Shown piece after piece: positions 52,728 to 64,000 of a DNA stretch of 64,000 nucleotides. Origin of the DNA: Octopus vulgaris (taxonomy: Eukaryota); assembly GCA_951406725.2 (NCBI GenBank), contig OX597819.1, positions 93,062,001 to 93,126,000 of the forward strand, given 5' to 3'. Both the position numbers and the translations under genes were made by a program. Within the stretch, counting starts at the first letter, position 1; each line of letters starts with the position of its first letter. The notes under the pieces were generated by a model. That model saw nothing but the letters and a program-made list of their open reading frames with translations. It had not been told where the DNA came from and did not search any database.

Positions 52728-52939
52728 CCGAACCAACACGTACGCACATACTCATATACATATAATATTATTACAAAATTCATAATTGGCATTTTAAAAT
52801 ATATAAGTTTCATTAAATTGACAGATAAGATTGGGCGATCTTTTGGCGAAATTGTATAACACTATCGAATACCTCGTCAATGTTCTGTAAAAAATGTACA
52901 AAGAAGAGTATTAAGTTTGCTCAATATTTATCACCTTTA

Positions 52940-53380
52940 AGGCGGCGAGCTAGCAGAATCGTTATCACGCCGGGCGAAATACTTAGCGGTATTTCGTCTG
53001 CCGTTACATTCTGAGTTCAAATTCCGCCGAGGTCGACTTTGCCTTTCATCCTTTCGGGGTCGATAAATTAAGTACCAGTTGCGTACTGGTGTCGATCTAA
53101 TCGACTGGTCCCCTTCCCAAAAGTTTTGGGCCTTGTGCCTAGAGTAGAAAGGAATATCACTTCTAAAGGCGGCGAGTTGGTAGAACCGTTAGCGCGCCGG
53201 GCAAAAATGCTTAGCGGCATTTCGTCTATGTACATGTTATGAGTTCAAACTACGCCGAGATTGACTTTGCCTTTCATCCTTTCGCTGGTCGATGAAATGA
53301 GGAGCAGCTGAACACTAGGGTCGATCTAATCGACCTACACCCTCCCTCAAAATTGCTGGTCTTGTGCCAAAATGTGAAAT
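52940..53380 (+). mobile_element. Two head-to-tail SINE family B copies (tail type 2)
   Basis: AGGCGGCGAG starts at 52940 and about 53167. The first copy closely matches the other family B copies; the second is more diverged. Confidence 0.9.
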
Positions 53381-54601
53381 AATATTTATCCCCGCAACAA
53401 ATTACAACATCAATGGTGTAACGGAATGTACGGTGACAGTTTGATGAGAGGAAGGAGAGAAGGCTACGCCCTCTCTTACAAAGCGAATTAGATACAGATA
53501 CGCACTCCTACACATTTAAAACTGTGCACGTATACACAGAAATGAGAGGAGAGAATGACATAGACTCAATGATGACAACAACACCAACAGCTACAAGAAC
53601 AACAATGCTTTTTAAAAAATAAAAGCAATGATAATAATTGCAGTATGAACAACCGCCGTCATGTATGAGAGCTGAAATGATTTAGTAGTAGTCACTTCCT
53701 TTGACAGGTTTATAGTATCAACTTCAAAGAATTCGCTTTAAGGCAGACGAAGTGGGTGTTCATAAATATTTCTGCCCTCTCTAGAGATCGACATGTGTAC
53801 CACTTAACAATCGCAACCTTCAACTAGCTTGCGCTCCAAATCTCACACACGCACTAGATACACAACGTCCACGCATGCATACCGTCAGTATTTGCTTTAC
53901 TTGCATTCTTTTTGGTTTCACATAGTCTAAGACAAGTTCATTTGGGTTATTGGTGGGAAACGTGAAATGAGGATTAAGTGTAGATATGGGAGGTATTTGT
54001 GGACGAGATTAAATTACCGAAGACAGCAGGACAGTATGTGTTTATATGTTGTAGGTTGATAGAAAGTTAATGTGTAGAGATTTTATTTCGTTGGATATGG
54101 TAATTTTGTTATTGAAGATGATTCCTTCAAGCATGGACGCAAGTGAATAAACTTGTGTTTGAGATTTAGGGTCACAACTTTCTTTACATAGAAATTTGGG
54201 GTTCGTGTTTTAAGATGAAAAGTACGTTTGAATATAGATGAGTTGATCACGCAACATGTAATCCATCGAATTTAAATTGATGCTGGTGTTAGTAAATGTC
54301 TATTAAGAAATCTTAATCGGATTTTTGCTTTTTGGAAGGTTAAGATTAAGGATTCTATGGTACTATTAATATTTATTGTTTTTTTTTTCCTAGTCTGCTA
54401 TTTGTGTACATATTATAATAGCGGTAAAAAAAATATGTCGTCACAAAGATAAGTATCTCCAGTTAGAAAGAAATATGCATGTATATAAATATAAATAAAC
54501 ATTACATAAACATAAATGTATATGTGTGTGACTAAATGCAAACACAGACAGACACACCCTCCACACACACACACACATAAAAATGCATCATATGTAAAAA
54601 T

Positions 54602-54960
54602 TGGCCTGGCTGTATAGTAAATTTGCTTGCTAACCACATGGTTCCGGCTTCAGTCTCACATCCTGTAACATCCTGTGCAAATGTTTTCTGACCAAAGCCT
54701 TGCGAGTGGATTTGGTAGATAGAAATTGAAAGAAGCCCGTGTGTGTGCGCGCGTGTAGGTGCGTGATTGTGTCTTCGTGTCTGTGTTTGTCCCCCACCAC
54801 TGGTCCTGGGTTTTCACGTCCCCGTGACATAGCGGTTCGCCAAAAGACACCGATAAACGTTCCAAGCTTAAAAAGTAAATACCGGGGCCGACTCATTCGA
54901 CTAAAAGAAATTCTTCAACGCGATGAACGCAATCTAATGACTAAAACGAGCAAAACATAA
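54602..54960 (+). mobile_element. SINE family A, near full length
   Basis: AACCACATGGTTCCGGCTTCAGTC..GACCAAAGCCTTGCGAGTGGATTTGGTAGA..GAAAGAAGCCCGT, (TG)n, AGCGGTTCG..AATGACTAAAAC. Confidence 0.85.
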
Positions 54961-55097
54961 AACATATATATCTTTGAGTATGTGTCTGTCCCCACCACCG
55001 GTGTTGCTGTGTTTACGTCTACGTAACTTTTACATACATGTATATATGTTTGAATGTATCCTCCTTCCCTTTCTCATGTATATATTAATTTCGGTGT

Positions 55098-55353
55098 TTT
55101 TCTTTTGCGCCCATTTAAAGCCTAGCCAGGCTCATGGGCCCTGTTCCCCGGTTTCAATGGCGTATGCGTTCCCCAGCTTGACGGGACGCCAGTCCATCGC
55201 AGCGTTATTCATTTTTGCCAGCTAAGTGGACTGGAGCAAATTGAAATAAAATGTTTTGCTCAAGAAAACAACGCGTCGCCCGGTCCAGGAATCGAAACCA
55301 CAATCTTACGATCATGATGCTTACACCCTAACCACTAAGCCACGCGCCTCCAC
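55098..55353 (-). mobile_element. tRNA-derived SINE family C, full length with 11-bp TSD
   Basis: Reverse complement has A box TGGCTTAGTGG, B box GTTTCGATTCC and central CTGCGATGGACTGGCGTCCCGTC. TSD AATTTCGGTGT at 55087-55097 and 55354-55364. Confidence 0.88.
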
Positions 55354-56239
55354 AATTTCGGTGTATATTCTTAGAATTGTTTCTCATTCAAATAAACTAA
55401 AAAATATTATATCAATGTATATTTTAGATTTTTGTAAGTTATTTACTTATTGAACACATTGGTAAAATACTTTAAAATATAAATTTTCCGGCATTTTGAT
55501 ATATTTTATAGTGTCAAGCACAGATTAAGATGAATCTTCTTAATACGGTTTATTATAAATTGCCTACGCAAGTGGTGAGGTTATTTCGTTTCGTTGACAT
55601 TTTAACTTAACCTCTACAGCCTGTGCTTTATGTACCTCGTTTCGTGGGTGTATATAATGCTGCTTAAATCAAATATATTTATGTTTATCCTCTGGTGAAA
55701 ACGTTCTTGTGGTGCAATTAATGTACAGCCAAATTCCGAAAAAATGTACTTGTTCCTAACATGTATATACACACACACACATATATGTACATATGTGTGT
55801 GTGTTTGTGCGCCTGTGTTTGCGCGTGCGCGTGTATTTACAAATATACGTACCTGTGTATATATGTATATATATATATATATATAATATATATCAATATC
55901 AGTAATACAGTGATTGTTTCTTGTCAGGAACAAACAGATTAACAGGACTGCTATAGAAGTGCTCTATTAAAAGAGACAAAAGTATCAAACTAAAGTTATT
56001 GAACAAACAAATGCAAGGTCATCCGCATAGCATTTCATAATTCGAACATTTAATCATAGAATATACATATATTTAGAGAGATGAATATAGATACATGTAC
56101 ATGTACATATCTATTACCTATATATATATACATTCATACATACACAATACATACATACAAACGTCCATATATGATGTCATTAGAACTTAGGAGCTTCGAG
56201 TTCATGCGAACCAAATTTTGACATGGTGAAACCCGAAGG

Positions 56240-58520
56240 AGTTAAAATATACATATATAACACAATATATAATATTCTAATGCCTTTGGCGTTTGTGATG
56301 AAGATGAAGATAAAGAGCGATTCTGTGACTAAATTACAGAAACGTGCAAAACTTGTCCTAAGCATGATATAGTAGTCCTCCTTAGGGATGTGGATGCACA
56401 AATTGGCCATGATAGTTAAGTTATAGCAGTCGGAAAATATACATATCCTGCGGTTTCAAACGATAATGGAAACAAATATGGAAATGATAAGGGAAACAGA
56501 TAATTGAACAGATATAAATTCTTTTCATCCAGCAACTTGAAGGATTTGCAGTCACATTTGAAGCACAAGAACAACAGAAAGTGGAGCTGGATACATCCAA
56601 ATAGGTATAAAAATGAGTTGGACCATATTATTGTGACAGCAAATTTGATGAGCTCATTCAATAACTGTCGCACCTACTCAAAAATGGAGCTACATTCTGA
56701 TCATGGAATTGGTTCTTGTCACTTCCGGTTGAACTTTAGTAGGCAAGCACGAAAATTCCAGAAGCATTAGGCATTTAACTAGATGATACTGCCAAATGAC
56801 AACGAGAAAAGAACAATTTCCAAACCAAACTAAATGCTGCTCTCACTGAGAATCTCAATAACAATAATGACAGAAGCACCGACAAAATGAACAATACTTT
56901 AACATCAGCCATCACAAAAGCCTGAGAGGAAACAATTGGCAAATGTAATCTTAACACTAAATAATTCACCAAGGCTTTCAGAAGGCATATTGAAGCTGAT
57001 AGGCAATCGCAATAATTTAAAGATGAAATACGTCAACCAGAATGAATCTCCTAGAGACGTCATGAATGCTGATCATATAGTCAACGAATTTTACAAGCAG
57101 AACGGAGAACGATTCCTACTAAGCATGTGCAAGAAAATTGAATTCTTTAACATGGCCCGCCAATAAAAAGCGGCTTATAGAGTGGTGAAAATGTTGAAGA
57201 AAGAAAACTGACAGCAAGATATTCCACAGGTTTGTGTTGAGCATAGAAATTCCTTCAATTGTGAGAAGGGTAAACTTGAAGAATGGAACAAATATTTTGC
57301 AAATATATTATCAATGTAAGTGAACGCAAACATAGATAAAGATATGTGTCTCTCAAAATGGCTTTAGAAAGAACCGTAGTTGCATTGAACAAATCCACAC
57401 TTTGAAGAAGATACTGGAAACCTGTTTTTAGTGGTGTCTCCCTATAGTTGCGTTGTTCATTCACTTTCGAAAAGCATTCGATAGCGTAAACAGAACCGCT
57501 ATGTTTACGGTTCTTGAAAAGACGGGGAAAACACCAAAGATAACACTGGCTTGTAGATGTCTTTATGAACATCAAACAACATATGTCTTTGTTAATGGTA
57601 AACAGACCCCTGGTTTCACACCTCAAAGAGGATTTCTATAAGGTGATCCCTTAGCAGCTTATCTATTTTTGGTGGATATGAATCATGTAATTAAAGCTGC
57701 AACCATACGGAGGATGGAATTCGCATATCAGAGTCAAATAAGCTGGCCTCTTTCGTATTTGCAGATGATATTGTTCTCTTTTCTGCTAGCCCTATAGAAG
57801 CACAGGACTACTTCGATCGTGTTATGCGAGAAGCAAAGACTCTGGGACTAGAAATAAACGAATCGAAGACAGAGTACATCACCATTAATATAAAGAGATG
57901 AAACAACAGGTGTCCTAGCAAATGGAAAGCAACTATCCAGAGCTGATAAATTCACTTACCTTGGATCGACTGTAACTGATCAAACAATGACATCATAAAT
58001 AGAAGGGGAGCGGTGGGAGCGGTATGTGGAGTAATGTCGCAGCTTCGACACATCTGGTCGTCTGATATCAACCCAACAATGAAGTTAAAAATGTACAAGA
58101 CTCTATGTCTTCCGATTTTTACATATAGATACGAGACATGGATAATAAATACGAATCGGCAAAAGGCTATGGTGAACACTTTACACGCAAGAAACCCAAG
58201 GAAAATATATCAGATATCATATAGCGACCACAGTTGCAAAGATGCATTGTCCCAAATGGTAGACGAAAAACAAATGAACACAAGGATAAAGGAACGCCGA
58301 CTGAGAGGGATTGGTCACTTATCTGCAACACCCACTCAATGAATGTTATCAAGAGTACCAGCTGCCTAACACTCTACAAAGAGGAAAGCGCGAAAGGAAA
58401 CTACCAAGAACGACTTATCACCTTATGATTCGTGCAGACAGCGGGATGTCGCTCAATGAAATACTCCCAGCAGCTGAAGATGGAAATGAATGGAAAGCCT
58501 TATTAAATTATGTCTGCCAA
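56240..58520 (+). mobile_element. RTE-clade LINE (APE and RT), heavily decayed
   Basis: NDNG, KWSWIHPN..KNELDHI, HSDH (APE); FIHFRKAFDSVNR, GDPLA..LF, FADDIVL, IN.SKT, FTYLGS, KLKMYKTLCLPIFTY.YETW, RRLRGIGH. Confidence 0.85.
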
Positions 58521-59159
58521 TGTCTGGCTTTAACCTCTTTCCTAATATTCATATTTCTTTGAATTTTGAATAATAACTATTGATTAACTGTTTGATAATT
58601 GTCTAAAACTCCATGAGCCAGAAAAGATAGTTCATCTTGCATTTGATATTAGAGTTGCTGTAATCAATGTTTATACTACACAGTATTAAAGTCACATTTC
58701 AACCGATTTTGACACCCAGTTTTATATACGAATGTTTGGGAAAAGCAGTATTGCCGCTCATTAGAAGGGCTAATACGATATGTATGGCATGTGCTCGTTG
58801 CTACTGGAGCTTACAAAAAGGAAAAATCCGGATTGTGGTTTTCGTAAAACATACAGCGAATATAGCTTGAGACAAAACACAGAGTAAATATTGTTCGTTT
58901 AAATTATTTCTTTTACATAGGGATCCTATCACAAAGTGTCATCGACTTTTGTGAAGCAAATGTTTGTAAAGTTAGGCTGTGGATGACGTGTGGGTGAAAC
59001 TGGGCCCATGCAGGTGCGAGAATGGGAGGAAAGTGTGAATGTGTGAGTTCGTCAACAATAAAATTGCGTGTGGCAGTAATGGGTCTATAATATTACTGTA
59101 TTTAATAAATTTCATATATATATATATACATACATATATATGCACTTATAAATCTTTAA

Positions 59160-59210
59160 ATCTTTAAGTTGTTTCAGCTTTAAAGCTGTGGCCATGCTGT
59201 AGCACCATCG
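59160..59210 (-). mobile_element. Isolated CR1-type 3' tail
   Basis: Reverse complement GATGGTGCTACAGCATGGCCACAGCTTTAAAGCTGAAACAAC, homologous to 42336-42378. Confidence 0.7.
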
Positions 59211-59221
59211 TTGTATATATT

Positions 59222-59266
<45 letters not shown>

Positions 59267-59361
59267 TCCCTTCTTTCCCGAGCGTCCAATAATACTTTAT
59301 TTGTTCCACGTCCTCGCATTGTTGTATTTTTTTGTTTTTTTGTGTCTTCTTGTTTGGATTA

Positions 59362-59397
<36 letters not shown>

Positions 59398-59412
59398 CAT
59401 ACATACACACGT

Positions 59413-59488
<76 letters not shown>

Positions 59489-59497
59489 TACTATATG

Positions 59498-59660
59498 CAC
59501 AAGGCCCAGAATTTGAGGGAAAGGAGCTAGTCGATTACCAGTGCTTAACTAGTACTTAGGTCAGCGACCCCGAAAGGGATGAGGCACTTGACCCAGGCGA
59601 AAGCCGGAAGAAATGCCTCTAAGCATTTTGTGCAGCACAGTAACGACTCTGCCAGCTCAG
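59498..59660 (-). mobile_element. SINE family B, diverged
   Basis: GCACAAGGCC..GTCGATTAC..GACCCCGAAAGG..CTAAGCATTT..CTAACGACTCTGCCAGCTC-like sequence. Confidence 0.65.
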
Positions 59661-59674
59661 AGCTTGATTTATAC

Positions 59675-59733
<59 letters not shown>

Positions 59734-60650
59734 ATATATGTATGTATGTGTGTGCGTATGTATGTATGTATGGATGTATGTATTCGCATACAGAGATAAA
59801 GCGAGAGACACTGAATTGCTTTATTTCTGTCAATCTACAGAGCATTATATTCATACATATTGCTTTAAGACATTCGTGAGATATTTCATAGACGTCTGCG
59901 GAATCCATTGTCACGGTTTAAGAAATATTTATGGGTGTATGCGCGTGCGTGTAACACCGTCCATGTCTTGAAATGTGTTGTTATACGTCTGTATATAGGA
60001 AGCTATAAGTGCATTTGTTATAGTGTTTGTGTATTTCTCTATTGATATGTTATATTTTCATGATTGTGTTCACGCATACAAGAACGTACGTAAGTAATAA
60101 TAAATATTTAACTGCAAAACATATATGTTGATGAATATATACGATTAAATACAGAAAACAAATAACGAATATTAAAATTAACTAAACATGCCAGAATAAA
60201 TGCTATACAAGTGTACTAAATGGAACTAAAATCTATAATGGAAGACGTATCAATTGTAATCCATTTTATAAAGTTGATAAACAATTATTAATAGAATAAA
60301 ATAGAACAAATAATACATAATGCAATGTGTGTGTGTGCGTATGTCTCTGCATGTATATGTGGACGTATATGGGTATGTTCGTGTGTGCATATGTATGAGT
60401 GTGCGCGTGTGCGCGTGTGTGCGTGTGTGTTTCTGCGTGCACGTGTAGCTGATAAAGAAATGTGCATATGCTTATAATCGTTAATAGTTCACCGCATATT
60501 TGCTTTGGATATGTGTAAACATGTGTCATATATTTATGCCTTATATAATAAGTATATGTATACGTGTGTGTATGTGTGTGTAAATAGATAAACATATACT
60601 TGCATCGGTGTATGAAGTTACATACATATATATTTATGTGTCTGTGTGTG

Positions 60651-60690
<40 letters not shown>

Positions 60691-60815
60691 TATACATGCT
60701 TATATATCTATCTATCTATATATATATATGTGTGTGTCTGTGCGTGTGCGTGCGTGTATAACACATGCACACACAATGCATGCATTTATATGTAAGACTA
60801 AGCAATTGTGTGTGC

Positions 60816-60857
<42 letters not shown>

Positions 60858-60866
60858 CATAGATAA

Positions 60867-60906
<40 letters not shown>

Positions 60907-61914
60907 AAAGATATAGAGAATGAGAGTGAGGCAGAGTGAGAGAGGAAAAGGGGGAGTTAGAGAGAGAATGATAGCCACAGTGAATAGCAAATCATTAATT
61001 TCCGGCAGAAATGATAATTATTATTTCCGCTCTTTTCTTCGATGGTCGGGGAAATATAGAAAACAGCCTGTGTTGCAGACAGTAACACTCCATAATAAAG
61101 TCTGAATCTCTCCGAAGGAAGTGAATTCAGCAAACGCGTCATACCAGACAATAAATATTCATCCAACAAAACCACACATTAAGCCAAATCGGGCAAAACT
61201 ACAAACGAATTCTCACTCACAAACTTGCACATGTATTTATAATAACAAGAAGGCAATCTGCTAGATGACGGCTTGTCGTTACTGCTCTCTTGTTTCTCGT
61301 TAAATATATTTCCGTACCTGCTCAGATAGATGTGGTTTATAGATTTCTAGAGACGGAGTCTAGATTCTAGATATATCTGCTGCCATTCTTTCGGAGATCT
61401 ACTAGGTTTTTGCATGGGTCAAGAATTAACTGCCGTGCAAAATCAAAAAAATCAAAAAAAAAAAAAAGGATGAACGAGATTACATTACTCACCATTTCGG
61501 TGATCAGAGGTGATCAGATATTGTAATAATACGAGGTAAGAATGTGCTCTCCATTGTGATGATGATGATGATGATGAAGATTATGATGATGATGAGGGGA
61601 GGAATATGACGATTACAATGACGACGACGACGAAGATGATTTTAATAATGATGGTAATGATGTTAATGATCATCATCATGATGATCATGACGGCACAAAG
61701 CCAGTAATTTTAAGAGTCTGGAGTTAGTTGTTACCATAGATTCCAGTATGTTGCAGGTAATATAATTTATTGACTCCGTTGGGTTGAAAGCAAATTTTAC
61801 CTTGATAGAAGTTGTACTCATAACATGAAAGAGCTGGTGGGAATACAGCAAAGCATTTTATCTTTTCTGCTCTTTTTTCTTTGGATGATCTGCCAATCAG
61901 CCACCATCATGATG

Positions 61915-61985
<71 letters not shown>

Positions 61986-62044
61986 GATGGTGGTGGTGGT
62001 GGTAACAGCAACAGCGGTAGTAGTAGTAGTAGTAGTCCTGATGC

Positions 62045-62141
62045 ACTGGCTCTTATGACTTCCGACCATAACTGATTGCAAGTGTTATCATGTACATTGA
62101 TTTGTCTTAGAATAAAAAATGGGTTAGAGCAAATATTCTGC
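62045..62141 (+). mobile_element. 5' segment of the (AAT)n-associated retroposon
   Basis: Similar to 10272-10370; follows AAT/AGT trinucleotide arrays. Confidence 0.6.
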
Positions 62142-62916
62142 TTTTTTGGAACTTGTCTCTGTCTGTACACATATATAATCCCCACCCATTACTGAAAGCT
62201 GAACAGTTATCTCCCCTACCCACAACAATAACAATAATAGCGACAACCAATTACCTCCCTTTATTTATCTACTTGTCAAGTCATTCTCTCGTGAATTTCA
62301 TCAGAGACAACATGGACAAATTTTGTTCTTAAGGGAAAAAATATATATATTCAAATAAGTAAAACATAATATCATGAATAGCGATAGCGAAAACGGTCGA
62401 TATATTAAAAACTATATTAAAACTATGTAAGTGTGAATGTTTGTGCGTGTCCTTGTGCGTATGTGTGTGTATCTGGGTTTATGCACGAATCTATATGCAT
62501 CTTTATATATGTGTGCGTATGTGTATATATGTGTATATGCACTTGTGTACCTACATATGTGTTTGTATGTATGTTTATATCCATATAAGAATGTCTGTGT
62601 ATCTAAGTGTATATATATATGTATACATATTCTGCATGTATATGTATTTATGTGTGTGTGTGTGTGTGTGTGCATGACTATGAAGCTACTTATCAAAGTA
62701 TTAATTTTCCTTTCTCCTACTTTTTTTTTCTCAAAGCAGTTATGACAGCGAAAGGCGATTAGGTCATTTATCTAAACTGGTACGCAAGATTTCCACATTA
62801 TTTGATTTTTTTGCGCTTCTATAATATTGTTTTCTTTTATTCATTGCTTAACTTGATAGGCATATAACAACAATCCAGGCGACACGAAATATCTCTACTA
62901 AGACATCTTTATCAAT

Positions 62917-62961
62917 GTACCTGAAGGGACCCAGACTGATGGGTCGAAACTTATGTCGTCC
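62917..62961 (+). ncRNA. Minimal type I hammerhead-like motif
   Basis: GTAC-CTGAAGG-GACCCA-GACTGA-TGGGTC-GAAA-C-TTAT-G-TC-GTCC: perfect 6-bp stem II, GUC triplet, A9G change and one stem I mismatch. Confidence 0.65.
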
Positions 62962-63050
62962 CTCATAAAATTCTAATACAAAATCCATCTCCTACTATTA
63001 ATTAATACTATACACACACACACATACACACGCGTATGTGTATCTGTCTG

Positions 63051-63084
<34 letters not shown>

Positions 63085-63109
63085 TATATACAATATATGT
63101 GTGTGTGTG

Positions 63110-63320
63110 TGTGTCTGTGTTTATCTCCCCTCCATCACTTGACATCCGATGTTGGCGTGTTTACGTAGCTGTAATCTCGCGGTTCGGCACAAGACACCGA
63201 TAGAATAACTGCTAGGCTTACAAAGAATTAGTCTTGGGGGTCTATTTTCTCGAATAATGGCGTTGCTCCAGCATGGCTGCGGTCAAATGACTGAAACAAG
63301 TAAAAGGAGAATAAAAGAAA
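63110..63320 (+). mobile_element. SINE family A, 3' half
   Basis: CTTGACATCCGATGTTGGCGTGTTTACG..GCGGTTCGGCA..CCGATAGAATAA..CTCCAGCATGGCTGCGGTCAAATGACTGAAACAAGTAAAAG. Confidence 0.88.
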
Positions 63321-63401
63321 TATGTGGTTGGTAAGCAAGCTACTTACGACACAGCCACTCCTGCACTTGTGTGTATGTATGTATATATATATATATATAT
63401 A

Positions 63402-63520
63402 CTTTATTTAAAAGCAGCAGAAATATAACAAAGCTGTTACTCAGAGTTTCACGTTCTCGAACGAGAACGTGAGACTCTGAGTAACAGTCTTTGTTATATT
63501 TCTGCTGCTTTTGAATAAAG
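63402..63520. repeat. Near-perfect palindrome (58/59-bp arms, 2-nt loop)
   Basis: 63402-63459 pairs with 63462-63520, with two mismatches and one bulge. Confidence 0.93.
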
Positions 63521-63600
63521 CATATTATTCTACATCTGGTATTTGAGTACTCTTTTTTCCATCTTGTTTCACATTTATGCGCTTACTCCGGTATATGTAT

Positions 63601-63650
<50 letters not shown>

Positions 63651-64000
63651 TTAATAAATTGAAACAGCATTAAAAGATAAACGCAACCTGTGTACCCTAC
63701 ATCGCATAAAAGCTCCATTGACACGAGAACGGCAGTGAGCACCATTTTGTCCTGTCATCCAAGCCCCATTTTGGTGAGTCTGACAGGATTTTATTTTAGT
63801 ATTTTCGTTATTAGCTAAAAATAATCTTCCAACTGGAAGAGAAAACAATATGTATAACATACAACAGTATCTGGTCTTTCAGAATTACAAGATAACAAAA
63901 TACGTATAAAATAGTCACCATCAAAATTTCATAAACAAACATAAATAGATAAGATGATTTCAGTATGAAATTTGCATTTCAAATAATTTACAAGCCAACG

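Noticed and set aside
52940-53030. tRNA-like heads, also at 8194, 37590 and 55280
   Set aside because: They continue into SINE bodies, some with TSDs, and lack a full cloverleaf; not tRNA genes.
63668-63780. Possible exon bounded by CAG and G/GTGAGT
   Set aside because: Stops in all three + frames and no polypyrimidine tract.

Overview
AT-rich, microsatellite-dense metazoan genomic DNA; the repeat landscape suggests an octopus or other cephalopod (inference). I found no convincing host exon, and most ORF-track entries are microsatellite artefacts. The window is mainly decayed mobile elements: two CR1-like LINEs, R4/Dong, HERO/NeSL-like, Tx1/L1-like and two RTE-like non-LTR elements, a Gypsy relic, Penelope-like (GIY-YIG) relics, a DD37D maT transposon, two MITEs, several fold-back palindromes, three tRNA-headed SINE families and an (AAT)n-embedded non-coding retroposon. 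The main unexpected signal is about ten type I hammerhead-ribozyme-like motifs of different sequence. One (36205-36268) has an intact catalytic core; several lie in (TA)n-flanked or inverted-repeat cassettes, two downstream of GIY-YIG remnants. SINE tails match two different LINEs in the window, and different retroelement classes occupy different microsatellites. All calls were made by eye, without database searches.
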